From the NCBI GenBank assembly GCA_965203555.1, contig CBDBCY010000004.1:160001-224000 (forward strand): a DNA stretch of 64,000 nt, written 5' to 3'. The notes under the pieces were generated by a model. It was given only the letters and a program-made list of their open reading frames with translations, was not told where the DNA came from and searched no databases. Numbering within the stretch: the first letter of the stretch is position 1; each line of letters begins with the position of its first letter. The translations under genes were made by a program, and so were the position numbers. The DNA is from Acidimicrobiia bacterium. Lineage in GTDB: Bacteria > Actinomycetota > Acidimicrobiia > Spongiisociales > ZC4RG35. Positions 63,014 through 64,000 of this stretch are shown here, piece by piece.

Positions 63014-63890
63014 AGGCTTTCTGGTGATCGACAAGCCCTCGGGCGTCACCTCCCATGACATGGTGGCGGCGGTTCGCAAGGCCGTGGGGATCCGCCGGGT
63101 GGGCCACGCCGGGACGCTGGATCCCATGGCCACCGGCGCCCTGGTGGTGGCGGTGGGCAGAGTCACCAGACTGATCCGCTTCATCCAACCGCTTGCCAAG
63201 GAATATGTTGCACTGGCCCGGTTCGGGGTGGCGACCGACACCTTGGACGCCGACGGCCGGAAGACCTGGGCCGAAGAGATGCCGGTGCGGCGCAGCGAGG
63301 TGGAGTCGGCGCTTTCTTCCTTCGTGGGACAGATTGAGCAGGTACCTCCGATGGTGTCGGCGATCAAAGTGGAGGGGCGGCGTCTGTACGAGTTGGCGCG
63401 TCAGGGTGTGCAGGTGGAGAGGGCGGCCCGGAGAGTGACCGTCCATTCCCTGCAACTCACCAGCTTCAGACCGGGACCCCACCCCCTGGTGGGGTTGCGG
63501 GTGGTTTGCGGAAAGGGTGTCTATGTGCGCAGTCTGGCCGACGACATCGCCCGGACCCTGGGAGGGCGCGCCCACCTCACCGCCTTGCGACGGATCAGGG
63601 TGGGGAGCCTGGCAGTGGGGGAGGACCCGGCCGGCGGTCGGGGACCCGCAGACCTTGCGGAATGGAAGAGGTGGATCCTTTCACCTTCCGAGGGCCTGCG
63701 CGATCTGGCGGGCTGGACGGTCTCCGACCCGGCGCTGGAAATGGTCAAAAACGGAAGGCGCCTGCCCGCGCATCAACGGTCCGATCCGGACGAAGACCAG
63801 CCGGTCCGCGTTCTGGATGCTGAAGGCAGGTTATGGGCCGTCTATCGCCGCCGAGGGTCGCTAATGATTCCAGAAGTAGTTCTCAACTAG
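63006..63890 (+). CDS. truB: tRNA pseudouridine(55) synthase
   Basis: IDKPSGVTSHD, GHAGTLDPMATG, PPMVSAIK, G.YVRSL..D. Confidence 0.96.
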   Translation: MPEGFLVIDKPSGVTSHDMVAAVRKAVGIRRVGHAGTLDPMATGALVVAVGRVTRLIRFIQPLAKEYVALARFGVATDTLDADGRKTWAEEMPVRRSEVESALSSFVGQIEQVPPMVSAIKVEGRRLYELARQGVQVERAARRVTVHSLQLTSFRPGPHPLVGLRVVCGKGVYVRSLADDIARTLGGRAHLTALRRIRVGSLAVGEDPAGGRGPADLAEWKRWILSPSEGLRDLAGWTVSDPALEMVKNGRRLPAHQRSDPDEDQPVRVLDAEGRLWAVYRRRGSLMIPEVVLN

Positions 63891-63893
63891 GGC

Positions 63894-64000
63894 CGGGCTT
63901 TCCCACTGATCGTGGAGGGTTGGTTGGTGGGTTTTGGTAGTTGATGGGGCTGGTCATGTCGAGGTGGAGTGGAGTCGGTGGTGGTTGCAGCAGGTGTGGA
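63894..64000 (-). mobile_element. Right end of a probably degenerate IS3-family insertion sequence (runs off the window)
   Basis: Minus strand encodes ...NHHRLHST/(-1)/DMTSPINYQ, like the integrase-core tail YNxxRxHSxLxxxSPxxY, followed by IR-like TCCACGATCAGTGGGAAAGCCC. Confidence 0.65.

Overview
High-GC actinobacterial chromosome segment, most like Acidimicrobiia (judged from the EF-Tu '[16 protein letters not shown]' variant and gene order; this is inference). Almost the whole window is housekeeping: end of rpsG, fusA, tuf, the complete S10-spc-alpha ribosomal clusters, truA, rplM-rpsI, glmM, a glmS ribozyme and glmS, acpS-nnr-alr-GMPR-like-udg-tsaEB-rimI-tsaD, CIRCE-groES-groEL, htpX, tRNAs (Tyr, Thr, Met, Trp), a second tuf, rpmG-secE-nusG-rplKAJL, pepN, gnd, proS, serC, and rimP-nusA-infB-rbfA-truB. 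The most unusual signal is compositional. The two apparently identical tuf copies, 36,138 bp apart, use G/T-ending codons almost exclusively (all Leu = TTG; the protein itself is pushed toward Val/Gly/Arg), then flip to C/A-rich sequence in the last ~20 bp. The same polarity (left end G/T-rich, right end C/A-rich) runs across a hybrid kinase gene (52.9-55.4 kb), and the G/T-rich half is seen at an IS3-type end at the window edge. Neighbouring housekeeping genes such as groEL have ordinary C/G-ending codons. This points to a repeat-associated, strand-polarised mutation or gene-conversion process. Other highlights: a glmS ribozyme, a Fur/Zur-type box upstream of a novel secreted His-rich repeat protein, a soluble kinase-receiver-DNA-binding fusion, and two single-base homopolymer frameshifts that may be sequencing errors.
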